Assembly: GCA_039714455.1 (NCBI GenBank) | Contig: JBDLJI010000001.1 | Coordinates: 1-28,863, forward strand | Reading direction: 5' to 3' | DNA: 28,863 bases | DNA from: Thermodesulfobacteriota bacterium | Lineage (GTDB): Bacteria > Desulfobacterota > Desulfobulbia > Desulfobulbales > BM004 | In this document: piece after piece, positions 7,854 through 17,000 of the stretch | Layout: every line of letters begins with the position of its first letter | How positions within the stretch are numbered: the stretch's first letter is position 1 | Translations under genes and position numbers: made by a program | Notes under the pieces: generated by a model | The model's input: the letters and a program-made list of their open reading frames with translations, nothing else | What the model was told of the DNA's origin: nothing | Databases searched by the model: none

Positions 7854-7936
7854 AATAAGCCATACACTGGTGGCTGGATAAAAAAACCGTATTCGATTTT
7901 TCAGGTAAAGAGACTTTTTACCCTGGAAAAAAAAGG

Positions 7937-7965
7937 TTGATTTTTGCCAACGAACGGATTATCTT
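7937..7965 (+). promoter_or_regulatory. Sigma70 promoter of the tRNA-tuf unit (TTGATT-N17-TATCTT) with upstream A-tract
   Basis: -35 at 7937-7942, -10 at 7960-7965, A8 tract at 7927-7934 (UP-element-like), first tRNA begins 14 nt after the -10. Confidence 0.7.
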
Positions 7966-7978
7966 GTCACGCTTTTCT

Positions 7979-8054
7979 GCTGGCGTAGCTCAATTGGCAG
8001 AGCAGCTGATTTGTAATCAGCAGGTTGCGGGTTCAAGTCCCATCGCCAGCTCCA
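7979..8054 (+). tRNA. tRNA-Thr(UGU)
   Basis: Acceptor GCTGGCG/CGCCAGC, anticodon arm GCTGA-TT TGT AA-TCAGC, GTTCAA T-loop, encoded CCA, 76 nt. Confidence 0.97.
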
Positions 8055-8128
8055 GATGAGTAGTCGCGCGTGTCGACCCTCCTTTGTTGCTATTCATCAA
8101 AGTGGGGCTGCATCTGCGCAGGTGAAAT

Positions 8129-8213
8129 GGAGGGGTTCCCGAGTGGTCAAAGGGAACAGACTGTAAATCTGTCGGCGACGCCTTCGGAGGTTCAAATCCT
8201 CCCCCCTCCACCA
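8129..8213 (+). tRNA. tRNA-Tyr(GUA)
   Basis: Acceptor GGAGGGG/CCCCTCC, anticodon arm ACAGA-CT GTA AA-TCTGT, long variable arm, encoded CCA, 85 nt. Confidence 0.97.
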
Positions 8214-8221
8214 TATATCAT

Positions 8222-8256
8222 GTGCGGAGCCAATTGGTTCAGCACCTTATTATTTT
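8222..8256 (+). terminator. Weak terminator-like hairpin in the tRNA-Tyr/tRNA-Gly spacer
   Basis: GTGC-G-GAGCC, loop AATT, GGTTC-A-GCAC (8222-8245) followed by CTTATTATTTT. Confidence 0.3.
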
Positions 8257-8340
8257 CTATAGAGCTCGTGTTTGACAGGATATATATTGTATGGCGGAAC
8301 TGATCATTATAACTCCTCAATTCCTAACCGACTGATTGAA

Positions 8341-8416
8341 GCGGGAATAGCTCAATTGGTAGAGCATCAGCCTTCCAAGCTGAGGGTTGCGGGTTCGAGA
8401 CCCGTTTCCCGCTCCA
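8341..8416 (+). tRNA. tRNA-Gly(UCC)
   Basis: Acceptor GCGGGAA/TTCCCGC, anticodon arm TCAGC-CT TCC AA-GCTGA, GTTCGA T-loop, encoded CCA, 76 nt. Confidence 0.97.
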
Positions 8417-8491
8417 TTAAAATTCTCTGAAAAAGCGGCTCTCGCTGCAAGAGAATGTTTGCTTGTGCCTTGAGGAGAAGAGGGCTTTAAG

Positions 8492-8567
<76 letters not shown>

Positions 8568-8584
8568 GCGCAATAAATGTTTTG

Positions 8585-8614
8585 GTGATATTTGAGCGGG
8601 AGCATCATTATAAT
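8585..8614 (+). promoter_or_regulatory. Candidate internal promoter for the first tuf (GTGATA-N18-TATAAT)
   Basis: Consensus TATAAT at 8609-8614, 4/6 -35 match at 8585-8590, SD GGGGAG at 8638-8643. Confidence 0.35.
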
Positions 8615-8649
8615 AAAGAAGGATTTATCATCGCATAGGGGAGAATGGC

Positions 8650-9840
8650 ATGGCAAAGGAAAAATTTGAGCGAACGAAACCGCATGTAAACGTAGGGACG
8701 ATTGGTCATATCGATCATGGTAAGACTACGTTGACCGCCGCAATCACTCGCGTGTTATCGACCAAGGGCCAGGCAAGCTTTACAGCCTTTGACGAGATTG
8801 ACAAAGCACCTGAAGAGAAAGAGCGCGGCATCACAATTGCAACAGCGCACGTGGAGTATGAGACAGACAATCGTCATTATGCGCATGTTGACTGTCCTGG
8901 TCATGCTGACTACATCAAGAACATGATCACGGGTGCAGCGCAGATGGACGGCGCGATTCTGGTAGTTGGAGCCGACGACGGTCCGATGCCTCAGACCCGT
9001 GAGCACATCCTGCTTGCCCGCCAGGTAGGTGTCCCTGCGATTGTAGTATTTTTAAACAAGTGCGACATGGTAGACGATCCTGAGCTGATTGAGCTTGTGG
9101 ACATGGAGCTTCGTGAGCTTTTAGACAAGTATGAGTTCCCGGGCGACGACACGCCGATCATCCAGGGCAGCGCCTTAAAAGCTTTGGAGAATCCTGAAGA
9201 CGAGGCAGCTACCAAGTGCATTTTTGAGTTGATGGACGCAGTTGATTCATTCATTCCTGAGCCTCAGCGCGATGTAGACAAACCGTTTTTGATGCCGGTC
9301 GAGGATGTTTTCTCAATTTCCGGACGCGGTACAGTGGCTACGGGTCGTGTAGAGCGAGGCGTAATCAAGGTAGGCGAGGAAGTAGAGATCGTCGGCATCA
9401 AGGATACCGAGAAGACCACGGTAACCGGTGTTGAGATGTTCCGTAAGCTTTTGGACCAGGGTCAGGCAGGGGACAACATTGGTGCGCTTCTTCGTGGAGT
9501 CAAGCGTGAGGATATTGAGCGCGGCCAGGTATTGGCAGCTCCCGGTTCCATTACCCCGCATACGAAGTTCAAGGCTGAGGGCTATATTTTAACAAAAGAG
9601 GAAGGTGGTCGTCATACACCGTTCTTCAATGGCTATCGCCCTCAGTTTTATTTCCGTACAACAGACGTGACCGGAATCGTAACACTGCCCGAGGGCGTAG
9701 AGATGGTAATGCCCGGTGACAATGTATCGATTGAAGGTACGTTGATCACCCCGATCGCCATGGAAAAAGAGCTTCGTTTTGCAATTCGTGAAGGCGGCCG
9801 TACGGTTGGTGCAGGCGTTATCAGCGAAATTATCGAATAG
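8650..9840 (+). CDS. tuf: Elongation factor Tu (copy 1, tRNA-linked tufB-type locus)
   Basis: [22 protein letters not shown] and GGRTVGAG motifs, 396 aa, follows Thr-Tyr-Gly-Thr tRNAs. Confidence 0.99.
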   Translation: MAKEKFERTKPHVNVGTIGHIDHGKTTLTAAITRVLSTKGQASFTAFDEIDKAPEEKERGITIATAHVEYETDNRHYAHVDCPGHADYIKNMITGAAQMDGAILVVGADDGPMPQTREHILLARQVGVPAIVVFLNKCDMVDDPELIELVDMELRELLDKYEFPGDDTPIIQGSALKALENPEDEAATKCIFELMDAVDSFIPEPQRDVDKPFLMPVEDVFSISGRGTVATGRVERGVIKVGEEVEIVGIKDTEKTTVTGVEMFRKLLDQGQAGDNIGALLRGVKREDIERGQVLAAPGSITPHTKFKAEGYILTKEEGGRHTPFFNGYRPQFYFRTTDVTGIVTLPEGVEMVMPGDNVSIEGTLITPIAMEKELRFAIREGGRTVGAGVISEIIE

Positions 9841-9845
9841 GAAAA
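8650..9845 (+). repeat. 1196-bp direct repeat, copy 1 (tuf CDS plus 5 nt)
   Basis: No difference from 25872-27067 on manual comparison. The ORF track gives identical EF-Tu proteins and identical antisense ORFs. Identity starts at the ATG and ends at TAG-GAAAA. Confidence 0.93.
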
Positions 9846-9912
9846 GAGGACCTGCGAGTGTATTGCTCGTCTAACATATTTTAAAGGGTAACTAGTTTTA
9901 TCAGGTGCAGGT

Positions 9913-10062
9913 ATGAGAAATATAATCACATTGGGGTGTACCGAATGCAAGAACCGGAACTACACCACCACAAAAAATAAAAAGAGTACTCCTAATAAAT
10001 TGGAATTTAAAAAATACTGCCGGTTTTGCCGAACTCATACTCTGCATAAAGAGACAAAGTAA
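9913..10062 (+). CDS. rpmG: 50S ribosomal protein L33 (Zn-ribbon form), 49 aa, not in the ORF track
   Basis: Hand translation [49 protein letters not shown], canonical position between tuf and tRNA-Trp/secE. Confidence 0.96.
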   Translation: MRNIITLGCTECKNRNYTTTKNKKSTPNKLEFKKYCRFCRTHTLHKETK

Positions 10063-10071
10063 AATGCGGGT

Positions 10072-10147
10072 AGGCCAGTAGCTCTAATGGTAGAGCACCG
10101 GACTCCAAATCCGGGTGCTGGGGGTTCGAGTCCCTCCTGGCCTGCCA
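10072..10147 (+). tRNA. tRNA-Trp(CCA)
   Basis: Acceptor AGGCCAG/CTGGCCT, anticodon arm CCGGA-CT CCA AA-TCCGG, discriminator G then CCA, canonical position before secE. Confidence 0.97.
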
Positions 10148-10235
10148 TTGATTAAGTTTGGTATTTGTCTGGTAGATTGTAGATACAAAATATTAACTCC
10201 CAGCATACCAATCAGCTGGTTGGATGGATTTCTAA

Positions 10236-10496
10236 ATGGCAGCAAAAAAAAGCGAACGTTCCTCCAAAAAAAAGCAGGTTGCAACTGACCAGCCAGTCAC
10301 GAATTCTTTTTCACTTGCCCGTGCAAAAGAATTTGTCGCAGAGGTGAAGTCTGAGTTTAAAAAAATAGTCTGGCCTGACAAGAAAGTGACCATGGGGTCA
10401 ACCGGAGTAGTTCTTGTCCTGGTATTTCTGGTATCTGTTTATTTGGGAGCGGTTGATCTTTTTATTGGAAAGCTGGTGTCATATATTCTGAGATAG
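10236..10496 (+). CDS. secE: Preprotein translocase subunit SecE (single transmembrane form)
   Basis: EVKSEFKKIVWP motif followed by a hydrophobic helix, located between tRNA-Trp and nusG. The SD is weak, so the exact start is less certain. Confidence 0.93.
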   Translation: MAAKKSERSSKKKQVATDQPVTNSFSLARAKEFVAEVKSEFKKIVWPDKKVTMGSTGVVLVLVFLVSVYLGAVDLFIGKLVSYILR

Positions 10497-10562
10497 AATT
10501 TTGGCTGTATCTTAAGAGGATACATGCTGCGGCCGGCATTAATATATGAGGTTTTTTAGGTT

Positions 10563-11093
10563 ATGGCACGGCATTGGTACATTGTACATACATACTCCGG
10601 GTTTGAGGATAAGGTGAAGACCAACCTCCAGGAGCGGATAAGAATGGCCGATCAGGAAGAACTCTTCGGTGAGGTTCTGGTGCCCAAGGAACAGGTCCTT
10701 GAAATGATAAAGGGAGCCAAGAAAACTTCTGAGAGAAAGTTTTTCCCTGGGTATATTCTGGTCAATATGGAACTCAATGACGATACCTGGCATACGGTGC
10801 GCTCCACGCCTAAGGTTACCGGTTTTGTAGGCAATGATCGAAATCCTCCGTCTCTCTCCGATGAGGATGCCATGAAAATCATCGGCAGGATTAAAGATGG
10901 CGCCATGAAACCCAAGCCGAAAGTGACATATGAAGTTGGCGATTCTGTCAGGGTTATAGATGGCCCGTTTGCTAACTTTCAGGGAGTAGTTGATGAGGTT
11001 TATCCCGACAAAGGCCGGGTTCGGGTCATGGTAAGTATTTTTGGGCGTTCAACCCCTGTGGAACTTGAATTTGTTCAGGTAGCCAGTGACTGA
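10563..11093 (+). CDS. nusG: Transcription termination/antitermination factor NusG
   Basis: WYIVHTYSGFE, FFPGYILV, TPKVTGFVG and the KOW motif VRVIDGPF...VSIFGRSTPVEL. Confidence 0.98.
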   Translation: MARHWYIVHTYSGFEDKVKTNLQERIRMADQEELFGEVLVPKEQVLEMIKGAKKTSERKFFPGYILVNMELNDDTWHTVRSTPKVTGFVGNDRNPPSLSDEDAMKIIGRIKDGAMKPKPKVTYEVGDSVRVIDGPFANFQGVVDEVYPDKGRVRVMVSIFGRSTPVELEFVQVASD

Positions 11094-11189
11094 TGAGTCT
11101 GCTGGTTATTTGTTGGTTAAATAAATAAGGAAGTCAGAAAAGCAATTCACTGATCTCCCTCTTTGTAGGTTTTGATTTAGGAGGCAATA

Positions 11190-11615
11190 ATGGCAAAGAA
11201 GATTCAAGGATATATAAAATTGCAGATCCCGGCCGGTGGAGCTAACCCTTCCCCACCAGTTGGTCCTGCGCTTGGGCAGCAGGGTGTTAATATCATGGAG
11301 TTCTGTAAGGCATTTAACGCCAAGACCCAGCAACAGGGGGATACTATTATTCCTGTGGTGATAACGGTTTATGCAGACCGTTCTTTCAGCTTCATTACCA
11401 AAACACCGCCGGCTGCAGTCCTTTTGATGAAGGCCGCCAAGCTCAAGAAGGGGTCCAGTAACCCCAAAATGGAACGGATTGGTAAGATTTCCCGCAGCAA
11501 GATTAAAGATATTGCTGAACAGAAAATGGAGGATTTGAATGCCTTTGATATTGAAGGCGCCATGAAGATTATTGAGGGAACTGCCAGAAGTATGGGGCTT
11601 ACTGTTGTTGACTAG
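11190..11615 (+). CDS. rplK: 50S ribosomal protein L11
   Basis: [37 protein letters not shown]. Confidence 0.98.
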   Translation: MAKKIQGYIKLQIPAGGANPSPPVGPALGQQGVNIMEFCKAFNAKTQQQGDTIIPVVITVYADRSFSFITKTPPAAVLLMKAAKLKKGSSNPKMERIGKISRSKIKDIAEQKMEDLNAFDIEGAMKIIEGTARSMGLTVVD

Positions 11616-11718
11616 CCGGGATGTTGTCTTTTGCAAAGGGCAATCAATAAAAGAGTTTCCAGGTTAACACACTTAGAGAACGGCAGAGAAATTGTTTATA
11701 TAGATGGAGAATAATGGG

Positions 11719-12432
11719 ATGGCTAAGAGAGGCAAGAATTACAGAAAAGTTGCAGAGGAAATTGATAAAAGCAAGATATACAATCTCGACGAAGGGGTTG
11801 AGCTTGCCTTGAAAGGGAATTATTCCAAGTTTGATGAGTCTGTTGATATAGCGATTCGTCTTGGTGTTGATCCCCGCCATGCAGACCAGATGGTAAGAAG
11901 TAGTGTAGTGCTGCCAAATGGAACAGGCAAGGAAATACGGGTCTTGGTGTTTGCCAAGGGCGAAAAAGAAAAAGAGGCCCTTGATGCAGGTGCTGACTAT
12001 GCCGGTGGTGACGAGTTTGTAGAAAAAATTAAAGGTGGCTGGCTCGAGTTCGACCGGACCATAGCCACCCCGGATATGATGGCCACAGTTGGCAAAATAG
12101 GAAGAATTCTAGGACCTCGGAACCTGATGCCAAACGCCAAACTTGGCACCGTTACCTTTGATGTTGAAAGAGTCGTGAAGGAAGTCAAGTCAGGAAAGGT
12201 TGACTTCAAGGTTGATAAAGCCGGTATAGTGCATGCCATGCTGGGCAAATCTTCCTTTGGCTCTCAGAAAGTAAAAGAGAATGTTCTGGCCTTTCTTGAC
12301 AAGATTATTCAGTTGAAACCCTCTACCAGCAAGGGTGTCTATCTGAAGAGCATCAGCCTTTCAACAACCATGGGCCCTGGGGTCAAGGTCGACCCTCTGG
12401 ATGTCCGGAACGTGATTAAAGCTGAACAGTAG
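11719..12432 (+). CDS. rplA: 50S ribosomal protein L1
   Basis: [37 protein letters not shown]. Start moved from 11704 to ATG 11719 (MAKRGK) because GGAG at 11706-11709 serves as SD. Confidence 0.97.
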   Translation: MAKRGKNYRKVAEEIDKSKIYNLDEGVELALKGNYSKFDESVDIAIRLGVDPRHADQMVRSSVVLPNGTGKEIRVLVFAKGEKEKEALDAGADYAGGDEFVEKIKGGWLEFDRTIATPDMMATVGKIGRILGPRNLMPNAKLGTVTFDVERVVKEVKSGKVDFKVDKAGIVHAMLGKSSFGSQKVKENVLAFLDKIIQLKPSTSKGVYLKSISLSTTMGPGVKVDPLDVRNVIKAEQ

Positions 12433-12621
12433 AATATGTAATGAAGCAGTCAACGCAACTGGGTTGACGTACTTGAGCGCCAGGTGTGGAGTTTAGTTAA
12501 AGAGAGACTAGTAGTTTCCCTGGTTTGATTGGCAGCACTAGTAGGAAAACAAAGTGGAACTCAACGAAGAGAACCGCATAGTTTATATAGAAGTCCGGTT
12601 ATAAACATAACCTGGTTTCAA

Positions 12622-12681
12622 TGTCGAAGACAGCAGGTACTACGTTTCTGTTTAATCAGCATATGCTGACCTGCCGAGGCA
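12622..12681 (+). ncRNA. Ribosomal protein L10 leader (L10(L12)n-binding autoregulatory element)
   Basis: TGTC-GAAGACA-GCAGGT...TTAAT...ACCTGC-CGA-GGCA matches the known rplJ-leader pattern (AAGAC-GCAGG...UUAAU...CCUGC-GAG) upstream of rplJ. Recognised by eye, no covariance model run. Confidence 0.85.
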
Positions 12682-12817
12682 CTATTTGTTAAGTATTCAA
12701 ATGGAATTACTTTGAAGAAATAATTAGCAAACCCTCGGCGACAGATAAGAAGCCTGTACCTGCTGGGAACCTTGATCGGTCCAGATTTTATTTTGGACTA
12801 CAACTGGAGGAAAAGAA

Positions 12818-13345
12818 GTGAATCGCGAGGAAAAGGTTGCAGAAGTCGAGGAACTCAGTGGCAAGTTTAAAAAAGCAAAGATTGCCATTATTGCCGACTA
12901 CAAGGGCCTTACAGTAACGGTTCTGCAGGAATTGCGTCATAACTTGCGTAGAAATGATGCGGAGTTCAGGGTTGCAAAAAACTCTCTGCTTATCAGAGCG
13001 GTTGAGGATACTGAGTATAAGGGGTTGCAGGATCAATTCGTGGGAACAACAGCAGTAACTGTTTCTTACGGAGATCCCGTATCTCCTGCGAAGATCCTCG
13101 CAGAGTTTTCCAAAGACCACCCTGAATTGCAGATTCGAGCAGCATCACTTGACGGCAAGTTATTGTCAACAGATGACATAACCGCATTGTCCAAACTGCC
13201 TAGCAAGGAAGTATTGCTGGGACAGATGCTGTCGGTCATGAATGCTGTACCTACCGGTCTTGTACAGGTGCTAAGCGGAGTTCCCAGAACTTTCCTGCAT
13301 GCACTGCAGGCAATTAAAGAACAGAAAGAACAGGCTGCTAATTAA
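12818..13345 (+). CDS. rplJ: 50S ribosomal protein L10 (GTG start)
   Basis: ADYKGLTV...LR...FRVAKNSL, LSKLPSKEVLLGQ, SD GGAGG at 12806-12810. Confidence 0.97.
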   Translation: MNREEKVAEVEELSGKFKKAKIAIIADYKGLTVTVLQELRHNLRRNDAEFRVAKNSLLIRAVEDTEYKGLQDQFVGTTAVTVSYGDPVSPAKILAEFSKDHPELQIRAASLDGKLLSTDDITALSKLPSKEVLLGQMLSVMNAVPTGLVQVLSGVPRTFLHALQAIKEQKEQAAN

Positions 13346-13387
13346 AAATTATTACACAGTTAACAAAGTCGCCAGGAGGATAAGAAA

Positions 13388-13768
13388 ATGGCTGTAACAA
13401 AAGATGATGTAGTAGAATTTATTTCAGGAATGAGCGTTTTAGAGCTCTCAGAATTTATCAAGGAACTGGAAGAGAAGTTTGGTGTTTCCGCAGCAGCACC
13501 TGTTGCGGTTGCTGCCGCCGGTGCTGCACCTGCTGACGCTGCACCAGCAGAGGAGAAGACTGATTTTGATGTGATCCTTGCTGGAATAGGCGATCAGAAA
13601 ATCAAGGTGATTAAAGAGGTTCGCGCCATCACCTCGCTTGGTCTGAAAGAGGCAAAGGAGTTGGTTGAATCTGCTCCCCAGCCTATTAAAGAAGGTGTCT
13701 CTAAAGACGAAGCCCAGGAAATCAAGGAAAAAATCGAGGCTGTGGGCGGATCTGTTGAGCTCAAGTAA
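13388..13768 (+). CDS. rplL: 50S ribosomal protein L7/L12
   Basis: [24 protein letters not shown], Ala-rich hinge, [20 protein letters not shown]. Confidence 0.98.
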   Translation: MAVTKDDVVEFISGMSVLELSEFIKELEEKFGVSAAAPVAVAAAGAAPADAAPAEEKTDFDVILAGIGDQKIKVIKEVRAITSLGLKEAKELVESAPQPIKEGVSKDEAQEIKEKIEAVGGSVELK

Positions 13769-13868
13769 ATCAATTCACGCTACACTACGTTATAGGAATT
13801 TCAGACGCTGCCGGATTTTTTTCGAGGCGGCAGCCGGTTTGAACCATAAGGCTGGCATGACAGAATAG

Positions 13869-13898
13869 GACGCTACGGAGAGTTTTCTCCGTAGCGTC
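13869..13898 (+). terminator. Perfect 13-bp hairpin in the rplL-rpoB spacer (attenuator or processing-site candidate, no U-tract)
   Basis: GACGCTACGGAGA (13869-13881), loop GTTT, TCTCCGTAGCGTC (13886-13898), followed by GTCGTGTTCTC rather than a T-run. Confidence 0.4.
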
Positions 13899-14088
13899 GT
13901 CGTGTTCTCAAGGAACAGAAAAAAAAGTGGGTGGCAGCAACCCTTTTTAATGTGCTGCAAACTATTAATATCATTTGAAAAGAGTAAGGGGTTTGTGAAA
14001 AAATATTCCACAGATCCTTTTCAGCAACCAGAGCCTGTGAGGAAATCAGAGGGCTGAAACCGGTTACACTAGACGAGGGCATTGCTCG

Positions 14089-17000
14089 ATGGGGACGATG
14101 AACAGAGTCAGAAAGAATTTTGCCAAAACCACTAGTATTGTTGAGATTCCACATCTCATTGAGATGCAGAGAATTTCCTATGAAAAATTCCTGCAGTTAC
14201 ATACAGCTCCGGATAAAAGAGAGGATGTAGGGCTGCAAGGAATCTTTAAAAATATTTTCCCGATTTCGGATTTTAACGGTACATGCTTTTTAGAATTTGT
14301 CCGTTACAATTATGGAGAACCGAAATATACGGTAGAAGAATGCCAGGAAAGGGGAATGACCTTTGATGTGCCCATTAAGATTACCGTACGTTTGGTGACG
14401 TATGATACCGATGCGGATACTGGAGTCCAGAGCATCAGGGACATCAAGGAGCAGGAGGTGTACCTGGGATCTGTGCCGTTAATGACCAGGGCTGGAGTTT
14501 TTGTCGTTAATGGAACTGAACGGGTTATAGTAAGCCAGTTGCAAAGGTCTCCCGGACTTTTTTATGCCCATGACAACGGTAAAACCCACTCCAGCGGTAA
14601 GCTCCTTTATTCTGCCAGAATTATTCCGGTACGTGGTTCATGGATCGATCTTGAATTTGATGTCAAAGATGTGCTCTATGTTCGTATCGACCGGCGCAGG
14701 AAGTTCCCGGTGACAACTTTGTTAAGGGCTCTTGGATACACTTCTGAAGAGCTTTTGGCCCTTTTTTACAGGACAGAGAAAATATCGGTTAAACGCAAGA
14801 AGTTTAAAAAGGAGTTTGACCCTGAAATTCTGCTGGGGCAGCGTGCCGTCCAGGATATACCTGACCCGAAGACGGGCGAAGTCCTGGTCAAAAAACAAAG
14901 AAAAATAAGCAAGGCTCTTCTCAAGAAAATGGTGGAAGCCAAGCTGAAAGAATTTGATATTGAGCGTGAAGAACTGCTGGGCAAATATCTGGCCCAGGAC
15001 TTAGTGGATAAGTCTTCCGGGGAGGTAATAGCTCAGCTTAATTCTGAAATTACAGAGTCTGTTTTAGATTCTATACTTGATGCCAAGATAAAGAAGTTTG
15101 AAATTCTTTTTATAGACGGCACCCATGTAACGGATTCATTTAGAAAGACACTCGCCCTTGATAAGGTGGCTGATACCGATGAGGCTTTGCTCGAAATTTA
15201 TAGACGTTTGCGCCCGAGCAGCCCTCCTACCTTGGAAGTGGCCAGTTCCTTTTTCAATAATCTATTTTTCAATTCTGCCACCTATGACCTTTCTGAGGTA
15301 GGAAGATTCAAGATTAATGCCCGACTCAAGATCGATACTGATATCTCGGTGAAGACCTTGACCAAGGAAGATATTGTCGAATCCGTACGGTATCTTGTTC
15401 GTTTGAAAGATGAACAGGGTAAGGTTGATGACATTGATCATCTGGGGAACAGGCGTGTGCGAACTGTAGGGGAGCTTGTTGAAAATCAGTACCGTATAGG
15501 GTTGGTACGCATGGAACGTGCAATTCGTGAGCGTATGACCCTCCAGGAAGTTGAAACTCTCATGCCCCATGACCTGATAAACCCCAAGCCCATCACCTCG
15601 GCTATCAAGGAATTCTTTGGTACGAGCCAGCTTTCACAGTTCATGGATCAAACCAATCCTCTGTCCGAAGTGACACATAAACGGCGATTGAGCGCTCTTG
15701 GTCCCGGTGGTTTGTCAAGAGAACGTGCAGGTTTTGAGGTCAGGGATGTCCATCCCACCCATTATGGCAGGATATGTCCGGTGGAAACTCCGGAAGGTCC
15801 CAATATCGGTCTCATTGTTTCACTGGCTGCTTATGCCCGGGTCAATGAATTCGGTTTTATTGAAACCCCTTACCAGAAGGTGGTTGACAGGAAAATAACA
15901 GGTGATGTCGTATTTTTGAACGCCATGGCGGAAAAAAATGAATTGATCGCTCATGCCAAGGTTGAAATGGATAAAAAAGGTAAAATTGTCGCCGATAACC
16001 TCATTGCCCGCGAAGAAGGAGAGGTCATTATCACCTCTGGAGATCAGATCACTTACGTCGATGTGGCGCCGAATCAGCTTGTTTCAGTTGCTACTGCCTT
16101 GATTCCTTTTCTGGAGAACGACGATGCCAACCGGGCCTTGATGGGTTCCAACATGCAGCGTCAGGCTGTGCCGCTTTTACGCACATCAGCGCCATTGATT
16201 GGAACAGGCCTTGAAAAAGTTGTTGCCAGAGATTCAGGCACATGTTTGCTGGCTGGCGGTGAAGGTGTTGTGGAGGAGGTGGATGCCACCCGTATCGTGG
16301 TTAATTATGATGAGCCGGGAACAGATGGTTTTATGACCGGAGTCGGTGTCTATCGTTTGAGTAAGTTCAAAAAATCGAACCAGAATACCTGTTTTACCCA
16401 GAAGCCTCTTGTCTATCCGGGACAGAGGGTTACCAAGGGCACCGTTCTTGCGGATGGCCCCTCCTGTGACCAGGGTGAACTGGCTCTGGGTAAAAATGTG
16501 ACCATCGCTTTCATGACCTGGAGGGGATATAACTTTGAGGACTCTATCCTGCTGAGCGAGAGACTTTTAAAGGATGATACATATACCTCTGTTCATGTTG
16601 AGGTTTTTGAGACCATGGCCAGGGACACCAAATTGGGCAAGGAGGAAATTACCAGAGATATTCCCAATGTCGGGGAAGAGGCCTTAAGGAATCTTGATGA
16701 AAGCGGCATCGTCAGAATTGGTGCTGAAGTCAAACCCGGTGATCCTCTGGTGGGCAAGGTAACTCCCAAGGGTGAAACAATGCTTTCCCCTGAGGAAAAA
16801 CTGCTGCGGGCTATTTTTGGCGACAAGGCTGGCGATGTGAAGGATTCTTCCCTGCGGGTGCCCCCCGGAGTTGAAGGTGTTGTCATTGACGCCAAGGTTT
16901 TTTCCCGCAAAGGGGTTGACAAAGATGAGCGTTCCCTTGCCATTGAAGATATGGAAGTTGATAAACTTACCAAGGATATGGAAGACGAGATTCGCTGCCT

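Noticed and set aside
8017-8303. ORFs 8017-8214 (-) and 8070-8303 (+)
   Set aside because: They overlap tRNA-Thr and tRNA-Tyr, and their translations are the typical pseudo-peptides of tRNA sequence.
10208-10223. Near-palindrome CCAATCAGCTGGTTGG upstream of secE
   Set aside because: Single occurrence with no linked promoter evidence. It is equally explained as a small RNA hairpin or chance.
11094-11718. L1 autoregulatory site upstream of rplK or rplA
   Set aside because: Expected from other bacteria, but I could not find a convincing match by eye in either spacer.
13993-14012. Rex-like half site TTGTGAA before rpoB
   Set aside because: The second half (TATTCCACA) does not fit TTCACAA at the required spacing, and rpoB is not an expected Rex target.
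15600-15720. Possible antibiotic-resistance alleles in rpoB and rpsL
   Set aside because: The rifampicin cluster (FMDQ...THKRRLSAL) and S12 (PKKPNS, RVKDLP) read as wild type.
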